NCBI GenBank assembly: GCA_012295275.1
Contig: CM022670.1
Coordinates: forward strand, 11,346,001 to 11,410,000
Source of the DNA: Chrysomallon squamiferum
Lineage: Eukaryota > Animalia > Mollusca
Direction: 5' to 3'
DNA length: 64,000 nt
The notes below the pieces were generated by a model. That model was not told the origin of the DNA, did no database searches, and saw nothing but the letters and a program-made list of their open reading frames with translations. The first letter of the stretch is position 1; each line of letters starts with the position of its first letter. Positions 38,523 to 51,900 of this stretch are shown here, piece after piece. The position numbers and the translations under genes are program-made.

Positions 38523-41500
38523 GATTTATAGTATAATGAGTGTGTGTGTGTGTGTGTATATATATATCTGTGTCTGTGTGTGTATAGACACATAAAAACA
38601 CAAAACACATTGAACTGACTGAACCTTTCAAGCCAGTGATAATCTATAAATCACTGGTGCCATTGATGTATGACTGTAGAGATCTAACTGAATAACATGA
38701 TCTGCAGAAAAAGTGTTCATGATATTATCTGTGTTATTAATTTCAATAATAAGGGACCATATTTTCCTTTCGAAATATTTATTAATTCTAAAATTTTGAT
38801 GGTTCTTAATAACACTAGTGCATATTCATTTATAAAAGTAATTGTTTAATGCAGTATCTCAGCAGAATACCATTTTTAAAAATATGATCGTCTTTCCAAC
38901 TCCATTATTAACATTTCATGCAAGCATATACAATAGGTTTGATATCAAGTGGTAAAATCTGGTAACAGCACCTCCATAAAAATTTTAAGATTTTATAGCA
39001 TTTACTTATCATCACTGATAATTTATACAAGGTTTATACAACAAGAAGAGTTGATAGCAGAAGAAGTTTCTTCTAAAATTATGAAGAGAATACCATTAAT
39101 TAATTCTAAAATTCTATTTTCAGTTAATTTTTCTTCTTGTAATATTAGTCTTTGGAATTTAATATTCAGCATCAGTGTTAAAATTTATTGCTGATTTTTC
39201 AAAGTATATTTGCTTTCTTTCATTCTTTGTCTTTTTAATTTTTTTATTTATTTACTTATTTATTTGAATATATTTGTGTTTTCATCAGGCAAGGAACACA
39301 GTACATCTGCTAAATGATCTGTGTTGTTCTTTATAAAGAAAAATTTATGCAGCATTTGTGTCTGTCTTGCTGCAGCTGAAAGTAGTATAAGTCATTTGTA
39401 TAATTGTTAATTATTTTTTTAAACCCAATTTTGACAAAAGCAAAACTGTTCCTGGAGATATATTTTTTCAGAATGATTACTCATTATTACCTTAGTTTTC
39501 AGCCCAGTTTTCATCCATTTTCAGGATATATTTAAATTATAAAAAAAAAAAAAAAATATAATAAACTGATTACAGTGCAAATAATTATTTTCTTAAACAA
39601 GTCTAAAAAAACAAACAACAACTGCAGGAAATAAATAATAGTGCTGACAGTTCATTACCTCTGCCTTTTCCTGATTTACTTGTTTCAAGCAAAACAATAT
39701 ATCTGTGAATGAGATAGACGCACACCCACACCTAAATCATATAAAGTGGTGTCAGGGTTACAGATTTTACATCAAAGAAATAAAAATTAATTGTATCACC
39801 AAAGGTATTGTTTCAATGGAGGAACTGAAAACAATGAAAAGAATTCTGTTAAAATATTATTTACCGTAACTACAGTCAAGAGTTGCTATTACTATTCAGT
39901 TGATGATTTTATCTTTTTGATTAAAACATTTTAGATAGAGAAATGTATTCATGAACCATTTTTTGTTGTTGTTTGTTGTTGTACAAAACAAAAAAGATGA
40001 TACTGAACCGTACCTGATCATATTTCATCAGTCGCTTTGTGTAAATAATTCTCGAGCTGAATGTACACTATTGATTTATTACTATAAAAACAGCAGGTGT
40101 TGCAGACACAAAGTGTTAATGAAAGGTACTGAAAATGTGAGACTGCAGCAAAACCATGAGGACAGGGCAGCATCCCGTTTATACAGCAAAAATATATGGA
40201 TTATGTGAAGGTCCATTTGTTTTGTGATTTCAAAAAAAAAAAAAAAAAAAACCAAACAACCCACTTTTAATTTTTAAACCAATTTACAGCATTCAGCATG
40301 AATTGCTTTTTGTTTTGATAAACCTGCAACAAAATAATCAATATTTAGACAATAATTGTTCAGTTATAGTTCTGTATGTAACAATACGTAACACTATTGG
40401 CATCTGTGGATTATTCAATCCAAAAAAAATATATATGTATATATACTATCCTTATACTCTAATCATCTGGTTTAGGTATTATCTTCAGTGAAAAATTGTA
40501 TGTGATTTTTGTTCTAAATCAAGATGGTTAGGGTATGGATAAAAAATACAGCACTTTCTGATTTAATAACATAGAATCCTGAATCCACATATATACAGAT
40601 TTTCATCATAGACTGAAACCTATGTGCTACATCAGAATAAAACATAAAGGACCCAGAGCAATGTTCTGCCAGTGTTGTGTGTATTTCCCCACATGGGGGC
40701 AATTTGAACATGATGCGTATTTTTTTTTACTGAATTGATTAATGTCTGTGGCCAAAAAAATCCTGCCATGTAAAACTAAATAAATTAATAAATAAAATTG
40801 GTCTTGTTTTTATGAAATATCTTAATAAATATATCTAGTACTTGTGCTAAATGTTTCCAGAAATTTGTTGGTTTTATTGCCAAGTAGGACATGTTTGAGG
40901 TAAGGTATGGCCCATAAAACGTTGGGTCTAATAATGCAGAGAAAATTAATTACAGAATTTGATTGGAATATTAGAAAAATCGTGATTCCAGAGATTTTTG
41001 TTTGTTACTAATAACCCTGTATCTTTATATTTATTTTTGTTGTGGTGTAGGAGTGCTTTCTCCATCGAGGTGACTTCAAAAACAGTACAGTGGCAATACC
41101 ATTTCAGTATATTACTCATTGCACAAGTTAATCATATATATATTATATATATATATATATATATGATTATGTTATAATATCTTTACAGTGTTTTCTACAA
41201 TTTATGGTGCATTCTATGATATGCCATAATTTCAAGCTAGAAAAGAAAAAGAGTTTTTTTTTACTTTCATTGAAATTACAATTTTGTGTAAACTGTTTTT
41301 ATTCAGTAATTTGCATGAATTTTCAATAGCAGCTAGTATGATCTAACAGCAACCACTTTGTTCAGTCTGTCTCCATTGTTATGTACCAAACACCAGTAAC
41401 ACATGTTTCACAACTGAATCAAACCTGTTTTTACCAAGTATTAGTTAACTGAACTTTAAAAGGCTTATTTACTGAACTGCTGTGACAAACAGGAAAGGTG

Positions 41501-41868
41501 GATGGGACACAGATATTTTGTTGAAGTAATTGTTAATGTAACAAAGTAAATGTTATTTAAAAATTACTTTATGGCAGGTTCTTTTGTTGTTGTTATTATT
41601 TCCTGTTTGTTAAATTTTTTAAAGCAAAAATAGACTAGTTGTAACATTAGTGTTCGTTAATTTGAAGCCTTTACTTTAGCTTCTCTCAAAAATGTTTCTA
41701 AATTTAAAATGAATTTTAACACTTACAAAGGTTTTTTATTTTTAATGGTAATTTGTGACCGTGTCATTAAATGAAAGTAGTGTTACATATGGAATTAAAA
41801 ATACCTTGAAGCTATTCTAAGCTTGGCTTCTTATTTCATATAGTCTGTGTCCTTTTTTTTTTTTTTGC

Positions 41869-41941
<73 letters not shown>

Positions 41942-42096
41942 CAAGATTATTACCTGAAACACTAATTACTAGTTCAGCCGAAACTATAGAAAATTGTTTT
42001 TATTATTAATTTTTAATTAAATTTTCACATGGTTTATCTTCTTCGAACTGTGAAATGTTGTTTGTTCTGTTTTTGTTTTGTAATTATATTGCTTAT

Positions 42097-42161
<65 letters not shown>

Positions 42162-45100
42162 TACATTCAAGGTTATTCAGTTTCGTGTCTCTACCTGTAT
42201 TGGTATATACTGAGCAGTGACCTACTTTATTGGATTCACTTTGTATGATAGCCATTCTAATGACAGTCTGTGTTGCTGAACCACTTACTTGCAATAAAAA
42301 CATCCAGTATAGTATTTGGGACATAATGCATGATGTTGCCCATAGTGAAGTCTGTTGCTTTTCTTTATTTATCTTCCCTCCACATTTCTCACTAACCTGA
42401 CTGCTTGGTTGGCCTTGTCAGAGAAATGAATAAGCTCCCACACCTTACATCTGTAGGCCAATAGACGACTGGGTTTTGTTCCGATCTACTCACAGTTGAT
42501 AGAATTCATTGTCGCAGTCAGTCTTAGCTGGCCTCTTTACTCTAGGGTCTTGTTTGTTTCTCTTCCACTGTCTTTTTCTTTCCTTCACCTTTCCCTGGAC
42601 TGCTTTCTTCTTTGCTGGTGTTGATGTTGCCTTGTCGAGGTGAGTCTTTTTGCATGTTGAGTTTTGATGTTAAACTCTTCGAACTGTGACAGTTGCTGTA
42701 TCAGTAGTTACCGTCCTGTCACAGTTTTGAACATGTTGAATTATTATTATTTTTTTTAGAAACAGATTTATAAATAGCTGGTTGTTCAACAATTATAATG
42801 TATTTGCATGTAGAAATGTGTGAGTATGTTCGGGTTGCGATGATAATGATACATTTTTTAAAACAAAACTAAAAGGTTAATTCGACATAAGTTATGATAA
42901 ATTAATGGAATGGCTATAAGTTTATAGTTCAGATAGGGAGGTATTTTTAAATAGTTCTGTGCATTTTTCATTAAATTTCATAACCAGTATACCTCTTTTT
43001 TTTTTTTGTATAGCCTGTTTTAATTAAACTAATTATAAGTAAATTAATGGATGTATATTGTTATTTGTATGAATGTAACACAGTAGCACATTTTGTTTTG
43101 AGGTGTTATTTATTCATGTGTGTGTCTGTGTGTGTGTGTGTGTATAATGTGTACATTTCTTTGTTTGTTTTTTTTTATATCAGTAATAATGGCAGTCAAT
43201 TAGTTTTAAAATTTAAAATGCTTAATTTTATAATAGATATAAATAAAACCAGTTTTATAACTCCAGTGTTGTAAGATTTAATGGATATTCTGTGTTCTAG
43301 AAAACAATTTCTCCAGCCAATTCAGTTTCAAAATTGTTGAAGTATAAGGTTACATTTCATATTTTTAAAAATCTGGTGAAGGTTTTTTTCTTTCTTTTCT
43401 TTCCTTTTTTTTTTTCCCGTTTTGAGTAGGTGTTACAAAATATTTGCAATGAATTAAAACATTTTTCTAGTGGGAAAATGTGGTAAGAATTTGAAATGAT
43501 GTAATTGCTCAAATATGTGACAGATTACATGAGGAAGGATAGTTGTTTATTTCTTTAAACAGTTGATATGGTGGCTCCACCCACTTAGTGCCTTCAGGCT
43601 TTCTTATATTTCCTGCAGCATGTTTTATCCATTGCTTCTTGTAGAGCTGGCAACATTTTACTGATGGATCAAAAATTACTATTCCATCTGTAAGTACAGG
43701 AGTAGGTTGATGTTACAGAAGCAGGATGAGGAGTGAAAGTTTAATATAATTTTCTTACATCATAGATGTTTCTGTTTTATTTCCTTGGTCCTGCACATCT
43801 GCATATAAATGGCTTGTTATTGCAAGAGAAGCAGAGCAAAACATTTAATTACACGTCCTAAAGTTACTCAGTTTGTGTCCTTTTTAAGTTGAAAAGATAG
43901 CTTTCAAAGATGAAATTAAAAATAGAAAAGTGATTTTTAAAAGTTTAAATAATAATTTCCTCTGTAAATGATCTTAAAGGTCAGACATTATTTTTATAAT
44001 TTTTCTCAGTTCACTGAATATTGGTGATGCTGTTTTAAAAGCACTTCATAATGTCTGTTACAAATAAAACTTTGCAAAAATTATTTATTTAATGTTTGTC
44101 CTAAAGAAGTCAATACAGTCTTGTTTTCTTGATTTTTTTTTTTTTTTTTTTCTTCTTCAGTTTTCGAGAAGAAAAAAAAAATGTTAATAAAAACATTCAG
44201 TAAAGTTACAGTATCAAAGAAAGACTTGAAGTTAACAGGTTCAGACATGTTTTATTGAGTGGTTTCACGTAGTTTGTCATGTATATCAAGTAAAATTGAT
44301 TCACTGTTCCATATTTTCAGTGACCATAAATTAAAAAAATTGATTTAATGCAGCAAAACTAAACTTTGTCACTAAATGCTGCTGCAGTTCACAGTCACTT
44401 ATTGTTCTCATTAGCAAACAACCCATCAGATTTTAAAAAAATTTAAAAACTAATTTAAAAAAAAAATTCTGATAATAATGATAAAAACTATGAAATTGGG
44501 TGTGTATTTGACTGAATGAAGCATATTAATTTAATTTCTTACTCATTCCCCAAAAGTATACATAAAGTGACAAAATATCTTTTTTGTTGCTTTACTTATT
44601 TAGAAACTGCAAAATGTAGCTTAAATGATGTCTCACTGAATTATATCTGTTGACAGTAAAATGATAAAATTAAATTGAAATAAACCATTAAAAGTAACTT
44701 GCATTAAACTAAGCAGTTTAATTTTGCAATATTTTCAGTTGTTTTATAACGTTAGTCATGAATGATGTTTTTTGTTTAAGCACAATGAAGATCTGACAAA
44801 TATCTGTAAAAGATTTAACAGCTGAAAATAATTTTTAATCTGTATTCTCCAGTTATAAATAAATTTAAAAATAAAAAGAATGAAAATACGTTGTAGTTTT
44901 TTTAATTCAGATTTTCAGTAACATTTTAATGTATGCATAAATAGGCACATACATAAACATTCAGATGTTCACAACTCTGTCACTGTGACACTGATGTCTA
45001 CACAAAAACAAATGTACAGATAAACAAAATTTTCTGTTCTTTTTTAAAAAAATTTTTTTACAGAATCTTGTATTAATATCCAAATTAAGATTTATATTTC

Positions 45101-48100
45101 ATTTGCGTGTGTGGAAATTATATAATTTATATTTTCTTCTATTTAATTTTTTTTTAATCAGAAGAGCATATTGAAATAATGTACATATAAATTTAATTTT
45201 GTTACAACACATTGGACATTTAAAAAATAAAATACAAATTTTTATTTATTAAATCATATATATATATAGCATAATTATGAAAATTTTGTAGTAAATTGTA
45301 TTGCTATTTAAAATCTGTAAGTAGTAAATAATTCTTACATATACTTCCTTTTTGAAATTAAATAAAAACAAACTTAACAGCCATATTTCAATTAAATGGA
45401 TCCAGTTTGATTTACTGATGGATGGATGGAAATACATACTTTTCATATATTGGATGATAATATCAGATTAGGCTGGCATATTGACAGCTTGTAATCTGCA
45501 TTTACTTGGAAACATATGGGGAATTTTAATGTGGCCTGTTGCTGGGTTTCAGTAATAATGAGTCAGGGCTCTAGTCCTCTAGCCAGCAGCTATGTGTAAT
45601 TTGAAGTGTTGTCACCACTGTGATGGTTCCACTTATTAATACATGCACAGGGTGTGACTGTGCAATTGATTGTTATTGTTGCGGCCTCAGAGCTTGTGTG
45701 CTATCGACTTCTCTGTTCTTTTTCTGATAGGATGTACGCAATCTTGCAGCCTCCACCTGAGTTCATGTACTACCCACCTGTTGTTTATACGGTAAAGGTA
45801 GGCAGGATGGAGTTCTGTCTCCACCCGTAATTACGTGTTTGTTTATTATTCTTCTGGCAGAATTGTGAAAATTAGATACGTCGTATTTCTAATTAATTTC
45901 TTTTCAGAGCAAATAACAAATAATTTATCATTTTGGTTTCGATTTTATGTGTGAAATGTGGTATTCACGTATTTGGGTTAATATCGTTTGAATGAATGAA
46001 TTAATAATTGCCGTTTTTCAGTTTTAAAAGTTTTGTCTTTTGACTGTAATAACTTGGATTTAAAAAAAAAAAAAAAAAAAAAATTTGTTTGACATATTTG
46101 TTATATATCTTAAAGGAAAGATTAAAAGATTGGAGTATAGTTTTTTTAATCTAAATAAGATATTTCATTATATATCGATACTCTTTTAATTGTTTTAATT
46201 GTTCTGTTTTAGTTATTATTTTTCACTATTAATAAATATTAAGTATCATATATGTAGAACATAAAGAGAGGTCACATTCTATAGTTCATAGTAACTAAGA
46301 TTCATTTATTTATAATTATTGTGAAGGATAGAGTCTGGATTAAGTACTGCCATTTGACACTGGAATTACAATTTGTTCAGGCTAAAACCCATTTGTTTTG
46401 TATTAGTCATTTCTTTCAGACTGTTATATCCTGTTATCTCTGTAAACCTTCCTTCCTCCTATAGTCAAACACGTTTGTTGACGGAAGGAAGGAAGGAACT
46501 GATCTCAGAGTATTGTTTGATAACTGAGCCAGACAACACTTACATGTGAATCACTAACATTAAATAATTTATTGTTCTCCTATAATTATTTTATTTACAT
46601 ATTTACTTTATATAACGGATGTCAAAATTTTGGCATGTATTATTTCAAAAAATGATAATAGTAATAATATAGAAAATGATTGCTCTGTGCTTTTGAACTT
46701 TAACATTTAACTCTGAAAATGTTGCTTTTAATAAATTTCTGAATTCAGCCAAATAATGAATATTATGTTAAATTATATGTTAAATTTAAGTTATTTCTTT
46801 TTTTGACAGTTTCTGATATTAGTTTCAGAATGTAAGTCTGCAAAGAAACTTCAGTAAATTTTCACAGTATAGTTTAATATAAAAAACTGGTGAATGGATT
46901 TACCCTTTAGTAACATACCAGATTTTATTTTTTTATCTGGGTTATGTTGTCTCCCAATCCAAAATTTTAAAAATACGCTGATTCTGAAGTCCTTTTTGCA
47001 CAAAGGACGGAAACAAGGATCCTCCATCATTGCTTTCTGTTTGCAGCTTGACCTTCCAGCTCAAGTACAGCTTTTCAAACTTTTGCTTTATCATTTGTCT
47101 TTTTTCTTCTTTCTTTTTATTGTTGGTTTTCCTCACTTTAATTTTTCCATCAGATGTTCTAATAGATGTTCTAATCCATCCACATCTATTAATTTTTAAG
47201 TGTCTAGCAATTCCAATATATAAACAAATTAACATTTGGTAATAATAGTAATACCAGTACTCCTCAATAAATAAATTCAACTTTATTGATTATCATTATA
47301 TTAATTATTATCTTAAAATCATAATATTTAAGAATGATAATGTTGTTTGTTGGAGATTTTATTATTATTACCTTTGTCATTTTATTTATATTTTTTTTAT
47401 TTTATTATTTATTTATTACATGCAAAAGTGTTTTTTAAATTTATTTTATTTTTTATTTTATTTTTTTTCACAAAGTATTTTAACATTGCACAAATGATTA
47501 ATAAAATTTAAAAAACTCAATATATATTTCTAGTTGAAAATAAATTCATAATTCAGACTTAATGAAAATTAATTGCCACTGTAACTCATTTAAAAGAAAA
47601 GAAATATGTGAGTTTGAATTTAAAGAGTTATGAAAAATGTTTTTATATGTCAACTACAAAACCTCCACAATAAAAAAAAGAAACATTTATGCATGAAGGA
47701 TAAAAATGAATAATGTTGCTAGAGTGTATTTTGTTTAGGATGGCCTTAATGAATATACTACTTTGATATGAATTTATAATTCTGTTAATTTTATTTTTTA
47801 ATATTTTTACTTCATGTAATTCTATTAATATAATTATAAAGTACTTATTTTTATATATGTCGTTATATATTTTTGCAGAGAGGCTCAGAAGAACTAATGT
47901 CGCTCAGTCCTATGGTAACAAATGGAACCAGCATGAGCCCGCAGCATGCCCAAAATGACATCAGCAATGATGCCAAAAAGGTAAGACAACAGTATTTGAA
48001 AATGGACAGAATTTCATTTTTAAAATATTCTTGTTTATTGATAGACTCGTAGACACATATTCACATACACACACATACACACACTCATTAACTCTTTCAT

Positions 48101-48317
48101 AAATATATTTCATTTTGATGGGTTCAGAGTTAGTACATTTTAAATGAATTTATGACTGTAGCATATGTTACTTCATTGTCAGTTTGTGTTCATCTGATAC
48201 TTGAGACACAGTATTTCACTGGAAGCTTCATGAAGCCAGCAGCACAAGTCTTGTCAAATACGTGGATAGTTTGTAATCTCTTTACAGCGAAATATGTTGG
48301 TGTAGCTTTTCTGTCTG

Positions 48318-48353
<36 letters not shown>

Positions 48354-48931
48354 GAAAGATTTTATTATTTTTTTTTTTTTTTTTTTTGTAAAATACTTTT
48401 TATTACCTCAGCTCTTAAAGTTAGAATGTTAAATACCAGTGTGTTTCATTTTGAATAGAAAAACTTCATTCTTAATTTCCACTATGTCCTGCTGAGGGTA
48501 AAATGATTCAGTCCCCATTCTTTATTGTATATAAATGTGACTGGTGAGTCACTTGTATACCAGTGTGAAAACTAGATTCTCCTTTTATTTTTCTTTACAG
48601 TTTTTCTATCAATTTTAAACACTGAAAATAATTTTATAAATATTATTTTCTTTTAGTTGTTACATAAAAAAAATAGAATTTAGACCTTTCTTTTATTTAT
48701 TTTTTATTTTAATTTCCAAAAATACTTGAAATAACACATTTTACACTGATATAATTATAAATGATATAATTTAATGTTCACAATTTCATGGTAGCATCCT
48801 GTTATTGTTTTGATACCATTAGAATTATCTTTGAAAAAAAAGAAAAGAAATAAATTAAAAACATTTCTGCTACCCTCAAAATTCTTTACATTATTGTCAG
48901 AACTAATTTAAAAAAATTTCTGCACAAAGTC

Positions 48932-48962
<31 letters not shown>

Positions 48963-51900
48963 TGCTCCTTTTGTTTTGTTTTTTGTTTTTTTTGCAAGAA
49001 TTCACACATTTGCAAGCATTATTTTCTTAGTATGCTTAATGTGATGTATTGATTTCTATAAACTAAACAAGAAAAACACAAATAGAAATAATAATTGTGT
49101 AAATGTTTTTTCTAAAGGTAACTTATAACTGTACTGACTGCACAAATCAATAATAGTTTTTTTTAAAACATAACACTAAATTGTTCCTTTTTATTTATTT
49201 TTTTTACTGTTTAATATAACAAAAATTGATTCCTATCAAGACTTATGAAGTTTATTAATAATAATTTTCGCATTTTATTTTTATATCACTTCAGTTAAAT
49301 GTGTTGACACTGAAAGGGTGTTGCTTCTGTTTTAGTAAATCTAAATACAAAAAAAAAAAAAATCATGTCCAAATATAAAATCAAAAGTGAGAAATTATAC
49401 AAACAGATATTCCTAAAAACATTTTGCTGAAACATTTGGCATTATCCTGTTGGAAAAGTTATTAATATTAATTTGATACTGTTATCTTGTTCTGTGTTTC
49501 CATGGAAACATGAAAATATTGTTTGGGTCAGACTGGGACTATTGTTATTCCGGCAGAATATGAAAGATAAATATTCTAGATAATGTTTGTACATTAGTTG
49601 ATGAAGTAGATGATGAGTTGTCACGTGATCAGTGCAGAGATTCTCAAACCGTGACCAGAGAAACTGCTATATTCAGTGGGAATTTATGGTGTTGTTCTTA
49701 GAGCAAAAACAGCCATTTGTCATAAACACAGGACATGTACAGCAAGGGTGAACCCATTTCATGTTTCACTGAACATGTATTTGCTGGTATATTGGACTGC
49801 CGCCATCTACAGGCAGATTTTGTGTGTATGTGTGTTCCTTGTTTACGCACAGCTTCCTTGTATCTTTGGTATTTTTATAACAGTAGCTCACTAGATTGTA
49901 GTTTGTCAAGAATGTACATAAATACATAGGAAGAAAATTGTTTATGCAGATTCGTTCACTTTCTGGTATGATGACCTTGTAACAGTAGGCTGCTTGTCAA
50001 AGCATGGCGTGGTAATAAATATAAACATGTGTGCACATACACCAGCACACAGTAACACAAAAATAACAGAATTAGCAGCTGCGTTAATGTTTTCTCTTTG
50101 TATGGCATTGTCATTTTTATTATGTTAATTAAACTAGAGCCAGTTTTAGCAAAAACACAAAATAAAACCACAAATTAAAATTAAAAAGTAAAAAGGTTTT
50201 GAACAAAAGGACATAAAAGCTGTAGTTCTGCCAGCATTAAAAAAAAAAAAAATTAAAAAAACAGAACAAAAAAATATAAATAAAACAAAACAAAAAATGT
50301 ATAAGTTGTTGAACCTAAAAAGATGTCATTCCAGTTTAATGTATGATATTTTTATTTTATTTTGTTTCGGTTTTTAATATAATGGTTATCACATAACAAT
50401 AACAAGATAAGAAATGGGGCAGGAAATGGAAGATGATTAAACTAAGAACATTCCAAATTTCATTTGTTTTAATTGAAATGTAATTTTTTATTTAAAAAAA
50501 CAAAAGATTTTTTTTTTATTTTTTTTTATTTTTTTTTTTTTTTTTTATGCAGAATACTTTAAAAAATTAACCTTTTTTTTTTTTTTTTTAATTTATCCAC
50601 AGTGAACATAATCTTCAGTTTGTTGTAAAAAATGCTAAATATTTAGTACAGCAGTGTCTAATCTTATTTGACAGCAGCAGCTTTTTACTAGATTTTAAAA
50701 CTAAGCTATCAGCTTTTAATGGTTTGCATGTTTCATTTCTTTGAGCGTTGGCAAATCCATTTCAGTTTTTTTTTATTTAACACTGTTATACTCAGCAGTG
50801 CATGAAAATAAGTCCAACAGATGTTAGCATTAGATCAATAAAGTGCCACTAAATTTAAGGTATCAACAATAACTACTATAGCAATACAAAATTCTCCTGT
50901 TTAAACATGAGAAAAATCAATGGTTTTATTCACCTGCATGTAGGCGAACACACAAACATTAACAAATTTGGGTAACACTTGTTCTGGTAATGTTTATTTT
51001 GAAAGAAAACATAATAAAGATTATTATAACTTATATTTGTGGAATTAAAAAGTAAATCTTAAATGAAACATGAAATAATATTTTTTTTTAAAAATACAGA
51101 AATCATAAGCAATCATTTTCTTAATTCTTCTCATTTTTCTTTCTTCTTTCTTTCTTTTGCGTCTTTCTTTTATATGTGTATGTGTCTGTATGTATTTTTT
51201 TTTTTTTTTTTTTTTTTTACTTTTTTTAAATAATGAAAGAAAAAAGAAGCATTAGTGTGATTTTTCTGCCAGCACAGAAAATCCCAACATCTTAAGGATT
51301 TCTTGTTTTTCAATTTACTTGCTGTTATCAAATTTCATCCATCTGTCAGCAACATTTTTTAAGATCCAGTCCTTTTAAAATTTTCATGCCATTAAAATAC
51401 CTAAAGCAGCATGGTTAAATGAAATAACGTTACGTGTTGAGTCAAGTAAAATCAATAATAATAATAAAATAATTTAAAATCTCTCTTTCTTTGAAATTAT
51501 ACAGAAATTTAGTTAATACCACCCAATAAAACTTTTCATTGAAAAAAAAAAAAATTTTTTTTGGCAATGAATTTAGTATTTATTCTGAACTGGACTTAAT
51601 TAATTTAACATCAAAAGAAATCGTAATGTAATCTTTATACAACTGGATGAATTATTGTTATCTCTTGTAAAACAAAACTAAATGTTTTACAATATAGAAA
51701 TAGGCTTACATCAAAGAGCATACATCTTGGTTATAACCCTCATGTAACCAATTAATGTTATTTAAAATATTTTAGACCTTTGCACATCTTACACTGTGGT
51801 AGCTGAAAATGCTAGGAGATATTATTTTGAGAGAAAAAAAAGAAAAAAGGCACCATCACTTTCAGGAATTGGCTTTTTCATTAATGTTTTAATTTTTTTT

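Noticed and set aside
40891-40899. ATG TTT GAG|gtaagg as another phase-0 first exon (MFE)
   Set aside because: No promoter-like context and no terminal Lys; compatible with chance
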